Positions 54,457-64,000 of a DNA stretch of 64,000 bases are shown here, piece by piece; the stretch's first letter is position 1, and every line of letters starts with the position of its first letter. Position numbers and translations under genes: made by a program. The notes beneath the pieces were generated by a model that saw only the letters and a list, made by a program, of their open reading frames with translations, was not told where the DNA came from and ran no database searches. This DNA is from Escherichia phage ECML-10: the sequence record OL631479.1; one strand, written 5' to 3'.

Positions 54457-56880
54457 ATGGTAATAGATAATACGACGAACACCTTCATCGTACCACCCAC
54501 GCTTCACCATTTGGTGGTGCATAAGTATCCCAACCAAGTCACACAGCGATGCACCACCATTCTGTTGGTATGCATTAAGTAAAGAGTGTTTAGATCGGGT
54601 CCAGATGGCATGACCATCAAAAGAGTAGATAAACTTCTTACCCGTTGCTTCCCAGAATTTCTCCAGATCCTCTTTACGGCCCTTAAGACCAGGGTTGGCA
54701 TCCCAAAGCGCATCGATTACCCTTTGTCCCAACTCTGGAGAGATGTCCAGCATATCTGCAACTTTATCTTTTTGTGCCCCGTACATAACCCCATACGTGA
54801 TAGGTTTACCGTCGTTACGGGACACCTCTCTGCCTGCTACTTTTGTATATGCCTCAGCATTGTTTTGGTGTGCGTCTCCGTTACTTACAACATCGTAATA
54901 CAGGCCGTTGTCGAACTCAAAGGCACCCCAAGCCCCGATAAGCTGCTCTAAGTTGGACCCGTCGATACCGATCTCAAAGTATCCTGGAGGAACACCCCAC
55001 AAGCTACGCATCTCTTTACCCATAACCACTTTAGGAGAGGGTTTAGGCATGTTTGCACAAATACTGTGTTTCTGTCTGGAAGTGTTTGTTAATCCAGAGC
55101 TTTTAGCAGGAAGCTTATGGTCAATCTTCAAACGTGGGTGATTAAGAAGACCAGTGTCAACCTTATCCTCCTTGATTGGATCAAGTACCGATCTGCGGTT
55201 TCGCAATGATAACCATAAGACGATATCTTTAGCCATCTCTCCGTTCAATTTTTCAAGATTCGGACACAGGTGTCCAAACGTATCTTTCAGTTGCGGAGAA
55301 GTAATAAGTGCCCTAGCTTTTCTACGTATTTTCCCGAATACTTCCTTTTTAATCCTTTCGGAGTTAGGAAAGCTTCGGAACTTGTGCACGGTTGTCTGGA
55401 ACTTAGCATCAGTTTTGTTCCAGAAGTTGATAATTAGGTCACAATACTCTGACTCCAAAAGCTCGTCCATATATGCATATACTCGTGCATCAACATCTGC
55501 ATCAGGTAAAGCTTTCTTCTTGCTGTCTTTAGTTACATCCTTAGTTCTCCACATTGTCGGAAGCCAACCAGCACTGATCAGGTATCGCTTAATGTCGTCC
55601 TGATTGCTGATTTTCATAGGTATCTTGCAGTCCGGCATTCGCTTCTGCTGTAGATCACTTATTGCCTGATCCATTAGCTCTTTAGGTAAAGGTTGTGGTG
55701 TGGAGGTGCCCTTAATATAGCCTCTCAAGAAATCAGCCATCTTATCGTGGTCTTTGCAGCCCATCTCTTCACACCATTTTATCCCCATCTTACTGACATC
55801 TCCTGTAGAGGTAAATGCTCGCTTAGGTGGGGCTTTGAACTCTAAAGCACTCATGTCCACAGGATAGCCAAGCTTATCTTTTAACCATTTCCAACCATTA
55901 TTAGAGATTGTCCCATCTTGGTTAAACGGCTTTTCAGGGAACTTGGGCCGCTGAGACATTGACAGCTCTTTTAAAGGCAGTTGTGGTTCAACACGATCAG
56001 CGATTTCTTTCATCCACGCATCGCAACGGTCACGTAAAGCAATAGCTCCATCTATGTCGAAGTATACACCCTGACGGGCCTGCAGCTCCATCAGGAAGTG
56101 CTGCAACATGCCTCGACGTAATGCGTTCTTCCAGGTGATCTTCTTGAACCCTTTCGGCTTCTCTTTGGCAGGATCGTACATAAAGTTCTGCATGTCAGAT
56201 TTGCCGTAGAATACACCTTTTGATTCCGCTACCAGCTCTTTCCAGAGCAGCTCCTGGATGATAACGTCCTCAAATACACGATCCACATACTTCCATAACG
56301 GAAGATCGCGCCAGTCATCAATTTGAACTTTCTGGTTACCAAGGGCGTAGCCCCATGCCATAAGGCCGTGAGGACCAACAGGCTGCATTTTCTTAGTAAC
56401 CGGGTTGAATACAGAGTCCGGACAACCTTTTGGTAAAGGGCGATCAGGCCACAAGATTCGGCTCATCGCCAACGTATCAAACAGGTTAACCTGGTGATCG
56501 TTGATAGTCCCCATACATTTAGGATCACGGAACATATCAAAATGAATACCAGATAATCTTTCCATCAGCATAAAGTCATAACTGTAGCAGTTATGGCAGT
56601 TCAAAGCTGTTGGTGACCAGTCAGAATTTCCTGTAAGCCAACCTTCCAACTCTGAAAAATCTGCTATGCGAACTTCAAAATCTTTATAAAGAGTTTTCTT
56701 TGCCAGAATGAAGTTCTTAGCCTTTTCTATATCCTCCTCGGAGTAGTGTGTGCGGTCATTTAGAGGAAGGAACAGCATAAAACGGTTCTTATTCAGCTCT
56801 TTAAACAGGCCGCAGTGATAATAAAGATCTAGGTCTTCTAGTAAACCAGAGGCCTCAAGGTCGAAAGACCACATACTCAT
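54457..56880 (-). CDS. family A DNA polymerase, exon 1 (3'-5' exonuclease and most of the polymerase domain)
   Basis: AAGGAGAAC RBS; N-terminal exo motif FDLEASGL; motif-B-like RNDGKPITYGVMYGAQ; reading frame stops one codon after the H of HDE. Confidence 0.8.
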
Positions 56881-56938
56881 ATACAGTTCTCCTTAAAGGG
56901 GAGGCGGTTGTACTACCCCTCCCACTCTTGGTTAAACA

Positions 56939-59017
56939 TTAAAAAGGTGTTTCATCGTCTTCAAAACCGGGAACAGGGTCAGAGGACGGATCATCATACG
57001 GAAGGTCTTCTTGTGTGTCAACAGGGTTAACAGTAGGAGTTACAACCTTATCGGCCACAACCCTACCTACAGGTGTTTCTACAACTGCGTGCTCTTGATC
57101 CTCAAACATAGCTTGAGGTCTCCAAACAACCTCCCCACCTTCGCCGTCTGTGAACATCTGCATTTCTTTGTCCCAGTACCAGTTGCTGGCATCATGGAAC
57201 TTACCTGTGTGGGGATCCATAACTAAGGTATCCGCAATGCCTAACGTTTTTGCTGGGCGGTTTTTAAGACCTACCAGTCGGACACGTCCACGGGAACGAT
57301 CCACCATCTCTTCTGCCTCCACCCCAACAACTACCCAGCTAAGCTGCTCCAATCCGGCACTACCCCGAAGGTTCTCTTTTCGTACAGGGTACCAGAAAGG
57401 TAACGGATTCCCATCCTTGTCCTTTGGAGGCACAATCTCTGTGCGTTTCAGGTGAGCGATCACCAAGATAAATACATTAAACTGCTTACAGAACGCGGCT
57501 AGTTGCGTCATAGCCATGTCAAGTTCTTTGCGCTCATCCTTAACATTAAGCCCTGAAATTACCATGGACAGGTGATCCAGTACAATGTAACGGCAGTGAT
57601 ACAGACACACCATTTGTTTAAGCTTAGTGATCAACTCATCTACAGGAATAGACCCAAAATGCTTGAACACTTTGATTTTTCCAGCCTTGGCCCAAGATTG
57701 GTGAATCTCAGCATGCTCCTGATCAGTCAGGAACTGACTAGGGTCTTCAACAAACTCTTTAACATCAAACCCCAACTGGTTGGCGTATAGAGAGTTAATT
57801 GCTTCCTCAGGGTCCTCTTCAAGGTGAATCAGACACAGGCGATCATCCTCTTCATAATCATCGGCTTTAGGGCATGTCGGATCCATCAAGTATTTTGCAA
57901 TGCAGTGCTCTAGTTTCTTGGCTACAGTTGTTTTACCACCGCCAGATGGGCCTGTCAGCATCATCAAGGTGCCTTTGTGGAGTCCTTTCAGCATCTTCTG
58001 CAATTTAGGGAACTCCGCGCTGATATCTACGCCATTAGAAGTCTTCTTACGAAGAGATTCAATGGAGAAGTCTTCTAAATCAGATACAGCATCGGGCACA
58101 TATTTGACTGGGTGACGGAACATGTTGACAATATCTTCCAGCTTTTTAGCCTTCAGCATGTCACGGATATCTTTTACACCGTCAGGGTCGTTTACCTCGC
58201 TAGGGTATTCCACGTGGTAAACGTTATCAGCCATCAAAAATGCCGCGATATTATGTGTGGCTTCAACACCTTTGATAACGTGTTTTTGCTTCTCTACCTC
58301 GTTAGCTGCATCGTTGTCCATTGCAAGGACCACTGTTCCGTAGCTACGGATAAATTTCTCATTGTTTGCAAAAGTATCTACTGCGTTTGCACATCCACAG
58401 TTAATTCCAACAAAAGGCAGGCAGGGTTTTCCTGCCAGATCACCCCCGTTGATAACTGCATCGATCCCGTCCTGGACCTCTTTAGCCCACTGTTTCACCT
58501 TTGCCGGGGCTTTAGCGTTGGTGAGAATCCCTTTTACTTGTATCTGATATGCAGCCTGCCACGCTGCAATAACATCACCTTCCCCCTCACAAACGTTAAT
58601 TTGCTTACGGTTGTTGGAAGATGCACACAGCTTTTGCCCAAACATCTGGGAGTTAGCCTTTACTATGCCAACAACGGAGAAATGGCCCCTTTGCTCTTTA
58701 GGAATCGTCCAGTCACGCTTTTTGAAACCTGACAGATTTCCGTAGCGGTCGTAATATGGGAAATATGTTGCAGTGACTGTCACACCGTCTTCTTGGGACA
58801 ATGCTGATCGCACACCAAAATATTGTGCAGCCATCAGACCGATATTTTGTTGTGGGACAGGGACAATTTTAGTATTTTCTAAAACAGTCTCTACAGTTTC
58901 AACTTCTTTTTCATCACGATAGTCTCGTTTCACACTTCCCCCACTTTTATACTTAGTTGCTTTCGGGTTTGGCTCACCGAAACGGTTGTATGCAGATGCC
59001 ATAAATTTACTTCCCAT
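56939..59017 (-). CDS. bifunctional primase-helicase (T7 gp4-like)
   Basis: TOPRIM-like NVCEGEGDVIAAW in N-terminal half; Walker A MMLTGPSGGGKTT in C-terminal half; 692 aa. Confidence 0.75.
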   Translation of the reverse strand: MGSKFMASAYNRFGEPNPKATKYKSGGSVKRDYRDEKEVETVETVLENTKIVPVPQQNIGLMAAQYFGVRSALSQEDGVTVTATYFPYYDRYGNLSGFKKRDWTIPKEQRGHFSVVGIVKANSQMFGQKLCASSNNRKQINVCEGEGDVIAAWQAAYQIQVKGILTNAKAPAKVKQWAKEVQDGIDAVINGGDLAGKPCLPFVGINCGCANAVDTFANNEKFIRSYGTVVLAMDNDAANEVEKQKHVIKGVEATHNIAAFLMADNVYHVEYPSEVNDPDGVKDIRDMLKAKKLEDIVNMFRHPVKYVPDAVSDLEDFSIESLRKKTSNGVDISAEFPKLQKMLKGLHKGTLMMLTGPSGGGKTTVAKKLEHCIAKYLMDPTCPKADDYEEDDRLCLIHLEEDPEEAINSLYANQLGFDVKEFVEDPSQFLTDQEHAEIHQSWAKAGKIKVFKHFGSIPVDELITKLKQMVCLYHCRYIVLDHLSMVISGLNVKDERKELDMAMTQLAAFCKQFNVFILVIAHLKRTEIVPPKDKDGNPLPFWYPVRKENLRGSAGLEQLSWVVVGVEAEEMVDRSRGRVRLVGLKNRPAKTLGIADTLVMDPHTGKFHDASNWYWDKEMQMFTDGEGGEVVWRPQAMFEDQEHAVVETPVGRVVADKVVTPTVNPVDTQEDLPYDDPSSDPVPGFEDDETPF

Positions 59018-59801
59018 TAATTCTGCTCCTTACTGCAGGCTCGTTTGCTAAGAATACGGCTTTTGCCCAGCCACGTGGTGTGAGGCTTCGGATCATCTTC
59101 GTTCTTGCACTCTTTCCACCCAGCTTAGCGTGTTGCATGGAGTACCCACTAACCGCGTCAACTATTTGCGGGACAGGTTTTGTGTCCGGGATTATAAATC
59201 CATTACCTATCCAGCCGCAAGTTATTTTTGGATAGGCATCACGTGGAGCTATAAATTCAGGAAACCAGGGGTTTACATCATCCTCCGGTAAATACCCGCC
59301 ATAGTCAGAAGGGTGAAAACGGTAATCAGGTTTGCGCCACAGTGTGGACATAACACCCACAGGATTCTCTACATGCCACGGGCAATCGTAAATCTCTCCT
59401 AGCTCTTCCGCAACCCGAGCATCCTTTACAGCATTAATTTGGATCAAAGGATCCTTAGCCAGCTTTTTCTTAAAATGTGCAGCACCTGATACCGCTAAAT
59501 GCGTGCACGGAGGAAATGCAAGAATAAAGTCTGGAGCTGGATACATGCAAAAAGTTTCCTGAGGGAACCATGGGTCAATCCAATAATCCACATAGTGAAT
59601 GTTAGGATGATCGGTTATCACCTCTGCATAACTGCCGTGGTCAGCACCTTCTGCATTAAAGCACAGGTACAGGTACCCAGCTTTTGCCCAGTCAATAACT
59701 GCACCACCAGACCCGTCAAATAGACTCCACACAACACCTTTGTGGTAGTGTTCTTTGTAGATGAATTTCAATTTGCTGTCTCCTAATGCAAAAAGCCCCA
59801 C
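59007..59801 (-). CDS. compact DNA (cytosine-5)-methyltransferase-like protein
   Basis: motif I WSLFDGSGG, motif IV FPPCTH (catalytic Cys), motif VI ENPVG; only 264 aa. Confidence 0.5.
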   Translation of the reverse strand: MGLFALGDSKLKFIYKEHYHKGVVWSLFDGSGGAVIDWAKAGYLYLCFNAEGADHGSYAEVITDHPNIHYVDYWIDPWFPQETFCMYPAPDFILAFPPCTHLAVSGAAHFKKKLAKDPLIQINAVKDARVAEELGEIYDCPWHVENPVGVMSTLWRKPDYRFHPSDYGGYLPEDDVNPWFPEFIAPRDAYPKITCGWIGNGFIIPDTKPVPQIVDAVSGYSMQHAKLGGKSARTKMIRSLTPRGWAKAVFLANEPAVRSRINGK

Positions 59802-59822
59802 CCTTTCGGGCAGGGCCTAGTG

Positions 59823-60305
59823 TTAAACCCGGATACCTATTGTATACTCGGTGGATACCAATGTCAAATCTAAATTTAAAATTTCTTGCATCTCATAATA
59901 TGCGTCCAGGGTTAGATACATTTCCCCATCCTTTTCTACATACTTGTCCAAGTGCTTGAGGCATTTCGGATAACTATCAAGTGCAGCTTTCAGGCACTCA
60001 AACTCTGTGCTGTTGATGAATCCTTCCATCTTGGCTACCCGTTCTGGGGTAATGATAGCACTGTAGTGAGATTTAGCCTCCTGAATGCAATGGGTCCAAG
60101 CATCAACCTTCTCTTCGAAAAGTCCAAAGAACTTCTTTTTGGTAAGCTTCAGATTCTTTAAGTGCTTAAGCACTCGGTTGCCGATTACAGCCACATCACG
60201 AAACTTAAGAATCACTTTGTCGATATCTTCGCGACCTATTTTCACAAAACAGGCCTTACACATTTCAGGGGAGGAATAACCAACTTTCCACATAAAATCT
60301 GACAT
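59823..60305 (-). CDS. hypothetical protein
   Basis: 160 aa ORF. Confidence 0.45.
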   Translation of the reverse strand: MSDFMWKVGYSSPEMCKACFVKIGREDIDKVILKFRDVAVIGNRVLKHLKNLKLTKKKFFGLFEEKVDAWTHCIQEAKSHYSAIITPERVAKMEGFINSTEFECLKAALDSYPKCLKHLDKYVEKDGEMYLTLDAYYEMQEILNLDLTLVSTEYTIGIRV

Positions 60306-60317
60306 ACCACCTTCTCC

Positions 60318-60713
60318 TTATTCCTGAAAAGCAACGATATCATATGAACTTGCAGACGATCCTAGTGAAGAATGACTCCAGTCTAGGTTATCAGAGTAGT
60401 CAGCGTACTGTGCACCACTGCGTAGTTTATATTTTACCCACTTACCTGGTGCAGGGTTTTCACCACCTTCCCATACTTCCCAGTCTTCTGGCAGGCCGTC
60501 CTGAGGGTAGTCATCCACCTCACTAATAATCTTAGGGTTTGGCTCCAAGATCCATGCAGGCTCTTCCTTCCGGGTAAGTGTCCACACAGCGTAGGTATCT
60601 GAGCAGGCGCATGATAGCAAAGTATATCCACTATTCAGAACTTCTGCAAGCTCTTTTTCAGCATCTTCTAATTTGGTTAAGTGGTATTGGATAATCTTCA
60701 CACCTGTAATCAT
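60318..60713 (-). CDS. hypothetical protein
   Basis: 131 aa ORF. Confidence 0.45.
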   Translation of the reverse strand: MITGVKIIQYHLTKLEDAEKELAEVLNSGYTLLSCACSDTYAVWTLTRKEEPAWILEPNPKIISEVDDYPQDGLPEDWEVWEGGENPAPGKWVKYKLRSGAQYADYSDNLDWSHSSLGSSASSYDIVAFQE

Positions 60714-61015
60714 CAGAAACCTCCAACTTCTTCAGCAAATGCAGCTGCTGTCGTCGCTGCATCCAGATAGGACTCTAGTTCACGGGCTGCACGTTTGTAA
60801 ATTGAGTGGCGCATATCGTTTGGCAGTTGGTGGAAGTCCACCTCTTCACCGTTGTGGTAAACACGCACATCGGTAATTTGTCTAAATCCGTAATAGTCAA
60901 CATCAGAGTCACGGCACTCCGAGTCTGGCAACTGGACAACTGCTTGAGCTTCCACAGTAAACATATCGTCAAGTTCGAAATCGATTTCAAAAGTGTATGG
61001 TTTATAACGTTTCAT
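60713..61015 (-). CDS. hypothetical protein
   Basis: AAGGAAG RBS downstream of GGGGAGG hairpin; 100 aa. Confidence 0.45.
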   Translation of the reverse strand: MKRYKPYTFEIDFELDDMFTVEAQAVVQLPDSECRDSDVDYYGFRQITDVRVYHNGEEVDFHQLPNDMRHSIYKRAARELESYLDAATTAAAFAEEVGGF

Positions 61016-61075
61016 CGTTTAGTGCTTCCTTAGTTTTTGTGGGGAGGAGTGCCTCCCCTTTATACTTACATCTTA

Positions 61076-61417
61076 CTACTGGAGGTCTTCAGAGTCAAGC
61101 TCAAAAAGAATCAAACTGTGCATACCTGCAGAGAGATCAACACACCCTGCAACGATAAGGGTCTGATAGTAAGGTTCAGCACCCTCGATGTCTTCGTTAA
61201 AATCCACAACAAGATAGTCACCTTTGTTAAAGGTGTATTTGTCCGATGTAAACGCAAAACCTGCCCAGTCCCCTACTGCAGGATCTTTATCAGTCACCTT
61301 TGTTAGCAGTAGATCTTTTTCACGAGATCTTTTAGTAAAATCGTGAATCACAACATCCTTCTCTTCAGGAGTTGGATTGCCACACACGTAGTTAACGATA
61401 TTTCTCCACAAACTCAT
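61076..61417 (-). CDS. hypothetical protein
   Basis: 113 aa ORF overlapping helicase stop. Confidence 0.45.
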   Translation of the reverse strand: MSLWRNIVNYVCGNPTPEEKDVVIHDFTKRSREKDLLLTKVTDKDPAVGDWAGFAFTSDKYTFNKGDYLVVDFNEDIEGAEPYYQTLIVAGCVDLSAGMHSLILFELDSEDLQ

Positions 61418-62784
61418 ACGTCCCCCTCTTCTGCTCTGGTTTCAAAATCTTTCCTGACAATTTTGTCTAAGTCAGGGAATGTTGTATTGTAAAACTCTAC
61501 AACTCGCGGGTCAACAATAATGTCAACTTCTCTTAGTGGACGCAACAAGTTTATTCCTTGTATTGTCTTAACTCGACTCAAAGCAACATACGTCATCCCC
61601 GGAGAGAAAGCTCCGTTCTTTCCAAGGTCTAGGTTGTAACAATCTAGCGTAAGTCCTTGACTTTTATGAGATGTTACGGCGTACCCAGATTTCAGAGGAA
61701 GTTGCTTGTATGACCCAATCACTACCCTCTCTATAAACTTCTCCATCTTCCTTTCTGCAATGTTGTATCTCTGAGAGGGCTTATACTCGTTATTCTCCCA
61801 CAACCTCTGCTCTATGTCAACCTGTGTTCCATCTTCAAGCTCTACCACCACCGCCTTGTTCTTAAATTTAACAATTGTGGCACGTGTTCCGTTAACATAA
61901 TAAGGTACTTTGTGCGTCGGGTCAACATCGTTGGCGGTTATCATAACTTTCATGCCAATTTTCAACTTCATCTCCTGCTCAACCGGCAGGGTGGAGGGAA
62001 ACTTACCCTTCATTTCACCAGTGTATACCTTCTCTGGGGCGTTGATGGCATCATAGAACCTTCTGTTTACTTCCTCTGCTTGTTTGTTGGTGGCGCAAAT
62101 TGTGAGAGCATCTGTTGGTACACCACCTTTGTAACAGCGAGCATTAAGTTCTGCTACAACCTCTTTTATGCGACGACCCTCACGAACACAGTTGAGCATT
62201 GTGGCAAATCGAATAGACTCCTGTCGGAACTGATCTATTAGGGCTATGTTGTGGAGGTCAAGCTCTTTCCAAGATTCGGTATAGCAACATAGGTCCGTAT
62301 GGTAGAAGTTGAAGTAGGCTTCCTTCTCCATAGAAGAGACAACAGGGAGTGCCTGGTAAAAATCGCCAAACAATATGACCTGTATGCCTCCGAAAGGTTT
62401 GTCATTTTTTCGAAGGAAGCGAAGTTTCCTATCCATCTCTATAAACTTATCAGCACGGATCATAGAGATTTCATCGATAATTAGGATGGTAAATGCCTTG
62501 CTTTTCAAAGGCTTTGCTGTTTTTGCCCTTATTGCGGTCCAGTCTGACTCCATGCTCACACCTGCTGCAAGATCGAAGGTTCGGTGTGCTGTTGCTCCAT
62601 TAACGTTTAAAGCGGCTACCCCTGTCGGGGCAACCGTTATGCAAGAGTCTCCATACATTGACTGGATCATGTTGATGAGATACGTCTTCCCACAACCTGC
62701 AGGTCCTGAAACGAAGACATTCTCACCGCTCATGATTGCAACGAGGGCAGCATCTGTGCCTACATCATACTGCCCTTTTTCCAT
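61414..62784 (-). CDS. SF1B DNA helicase (Dda/RecD/Pif1-like)
   Basis: Walker A FVSGPAGCGKTY, Walker B IIDEISM, and TSHKSQGLT motif. Confidence 0.75.
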   Translation of the reverse strand: MEKGQYDVGTDAALVAIMSGENVFVSGPAGCGKTYLINMIQSMYGDSCITVAPTGVAALNVNGATAHRTFDLAAGVSMESDWTAIRAKTAKPLKSKAFTILIIDEISMIRADKFIEMDRKLRFLRKNDKPFGGIQVILFGDFYQALPVVSSMEKEAYFNFYHTDLCCYTESWKELDLHNIALIDQFRQESIRFATMLNCVREGRRIKEVVAELNARCYKGGVPTDALTICATNKQAEEVNRRFYDAINAPEKVYTGEMKGKFPSTLPVEQEMKLKIGMKVMITANDVDPTHKVPYYVNGTRATIVKFKNKAVVVELEDGTQVDIEQRLWENNEYKPSQRYNIAERKMEKFIERVVIGSYKQLPLKSGYAVTSHKSQGLTLDCYNLDLGKNGAFSPGMTYVALSRVKTIQGINLLRPLREVDIIVDPRVVEFYNTTFPDLDKIVRKDFETRAEEGDV

Positions 62785-63989
62785 TACGCCTCCTCGTAAA
62801 GAATGTCGATAGTGTTACCGTCACGATCAACTACATATTCAATAGGGTCTCCATCTTTGCGTGCTTCCGGAGCTACCACAATCTCATAGCGGCATGCACG
62901 GCACTTAGCGCTATTGTGTTGATATGGCACACTAACTACATCTGCAGGGTCAACCATGACAGTCATTACAGTGCCGTAGCTCTTTGCATACTCTTTGCTG
63001 GCGCAGTGTAAGCCATAGGAGCACGCAGCTTCAGGATCATCCTCTACAAAGTTACGAGGCATGGATACAAAAGCACCTTGGTATTGTGGGACTTTACCAC
63101 TGTGCCAATCCACCCACTTGCTGCCGTTAAACTGAACCCCTTTGTAGCAAATGATTCGACCATCTTCTGCAATCTGAATATCATTGGCCTGCATAAAATC
63201 GTAGAGCATGTTTACAGATTTTGCAGAAGGATTGCGTAGCAGGCGAACGAGGAATTTCACATAGCGGTCATCCAGCGTTCCGTCTGCATAATCTTTCTCA
63301 ATTTTCTTTGCAATGGTGGATCGCATCTCTACACCGTAGTAGTAGAGCTTACCATCTTTCATGATCAGGTTGTCTGCAAGTGTGGTGAACTCATTCTTGC
63401 GTTCCAGCCAGACAAGGATTTCACCAATTGCCTCATCATATTCCTGAACAGAGATATGGTCGAAGACTTTCTGGTAAATTTCCTCACTTTCGCTGCGGCG
63501 AATTTCAAAAATTCCTTCGTTGCAGGTGATCTGGAGGAGTTCCCCGCAAATAACTACCAAAGGCTCGATGCTTCGAGTCTGTTGCTGAGACACACTGCTC
63601 ACCACTTCCAGCACCGGATCTTTGACTTCTACTAAAGGTTCTTCTGACTTGATTGCTACCCCAGTAAACCCCACACCGTGAACAACACACAGTGGGTATA
63701 CCACGACCCAACGTTTAACGGAACCTTCGCCTAAGTCTAAGATCATGGCGTACTTACCGTTATCTTCCAGCCCATATCTAAATAAACGGGCCTCTTCACG
63801 GGTTTCAAAATCCTCACGGGTGTAGCAGACGCTGTCACGGTCAGGATCGAACAACTCTGGGGCACCAACTGCCAGTGTCCAGGTTGTGTCGCCTTTCTCA
63901 ATGGCACATGTGAAACCCTTCTTCTCAAGTTCTGCACGGCGGTCACGTGCTTCTTTACGAGTTTTGAAATGTTCGTAGATGAAAATCAT
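62784..63989 (-). CDS. hypothetical protein with tandem N-terminal repeats
   Basis: 401 aa; two similar ~45-aa N-terminal units (FKTRKEARDRRAELEKKGF... / FETREEARLFRYGLEDNGK...). Confidence 0.45.
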   Translation of the reverse strand: MIFIYEHFKTRKEARDRRAELEKKGFTCAIEKGDTTWTLAVGAPELFDPDRDSVCYTREDFETREEARLFRYGLEDNGKYAMILDLGEGSVKRWVVVYPLCVVHGVGFTGVAIKSEEPLVEVKDPVLEVVSSVSQQQTRSIEPLVVICGELLQITCNEGIFEIRRSESEEIYQKVFDHISVQEYDEAIGEILVWLERKNEFTTLADNLIMKDGKLYYYGVEMRSTIAKKIEKDYADGTLDDRYVKFLVRLLRNPSAKSVNMLYDFMQANDIQIAEDGRIICYKGVQFNGSKWVDWHSGKVPQYQGAFVSMPRNFVEDDPEAACSYGLHCASKEYAKSYGTVMTVMVDPADVVSVPYQHNSAKCRACRYEIVVAPEARKDGDPIEYVVDRDGNTIDILYEEA

Positions 63990-64000
63990 CTTGGTCTCCC

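Noticed and set aside
54504-58732. Plus-strand ORFs within the polymerase and primase-helicase genes (e.g. 54586-54951, 55154-55603, 58112-58732)
   Set aside because: They are antisense to long minus-strand genes with clear motifs, so they are shadow ORFs.
1-64000. Prophage or integrative element (integrase, attachment sites)
   Set aside because: No integrase or recombinase-like ORF and no flanking bacterial genes were seen; gene content and packing fit a lytic phage.

Overview
This window reads as a segment of a large lytic, tailed dsDNA phage genome; no integrase, rRNA, tRNA or CRISPR array was seen. Bases 1-32450 are a plus-strand block of early and nucleotide-metabolism genes: a FEN-type 5'-3' exonuclease, RuvC-like and endonuclease VII-like resolvases, a DnaQ-like exonuclease, two adenine-type methyltransferases, dNMP kinase, a HAD phosphatase, a ThyX-like enzyme, nrdA, nrdB, a glutaredoxin-like redoxin, nrdD split by a group I intron carrying an HNH homing endonuclease, nrdG, PhoH and a ClpP-like protease. 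This is followed by a dense tandem array of small, highly acidic paralogous proteins. Bases 32451-34972 are a 2.5 kb ORF-poor convergent region rich in palindromes, direct repeats and iteron-like motifs. Bases 34973-64000 are minus-strand genes: about 30 small genes each preceded by a GC hairpin and a strong RBS, a DarG/TARG1-type macrodomain protein, an SSB-like protein, a family A DNA polymerase split inside its HDE motif by a second intron-borne HNH endonuclease, a primase-helicase, a compact C5-methyltransferase-like protein and a Dda-like helicase. Nothing could be searched or folded; all calls rest on motifs read from the ORF translations and on recalled family signatures. The strongest candidates for something new are the acidic paralog array, the phage macrodomain, and two tandem promoter-driven ncRNA-like elements that share a motif with the central non-coding region.
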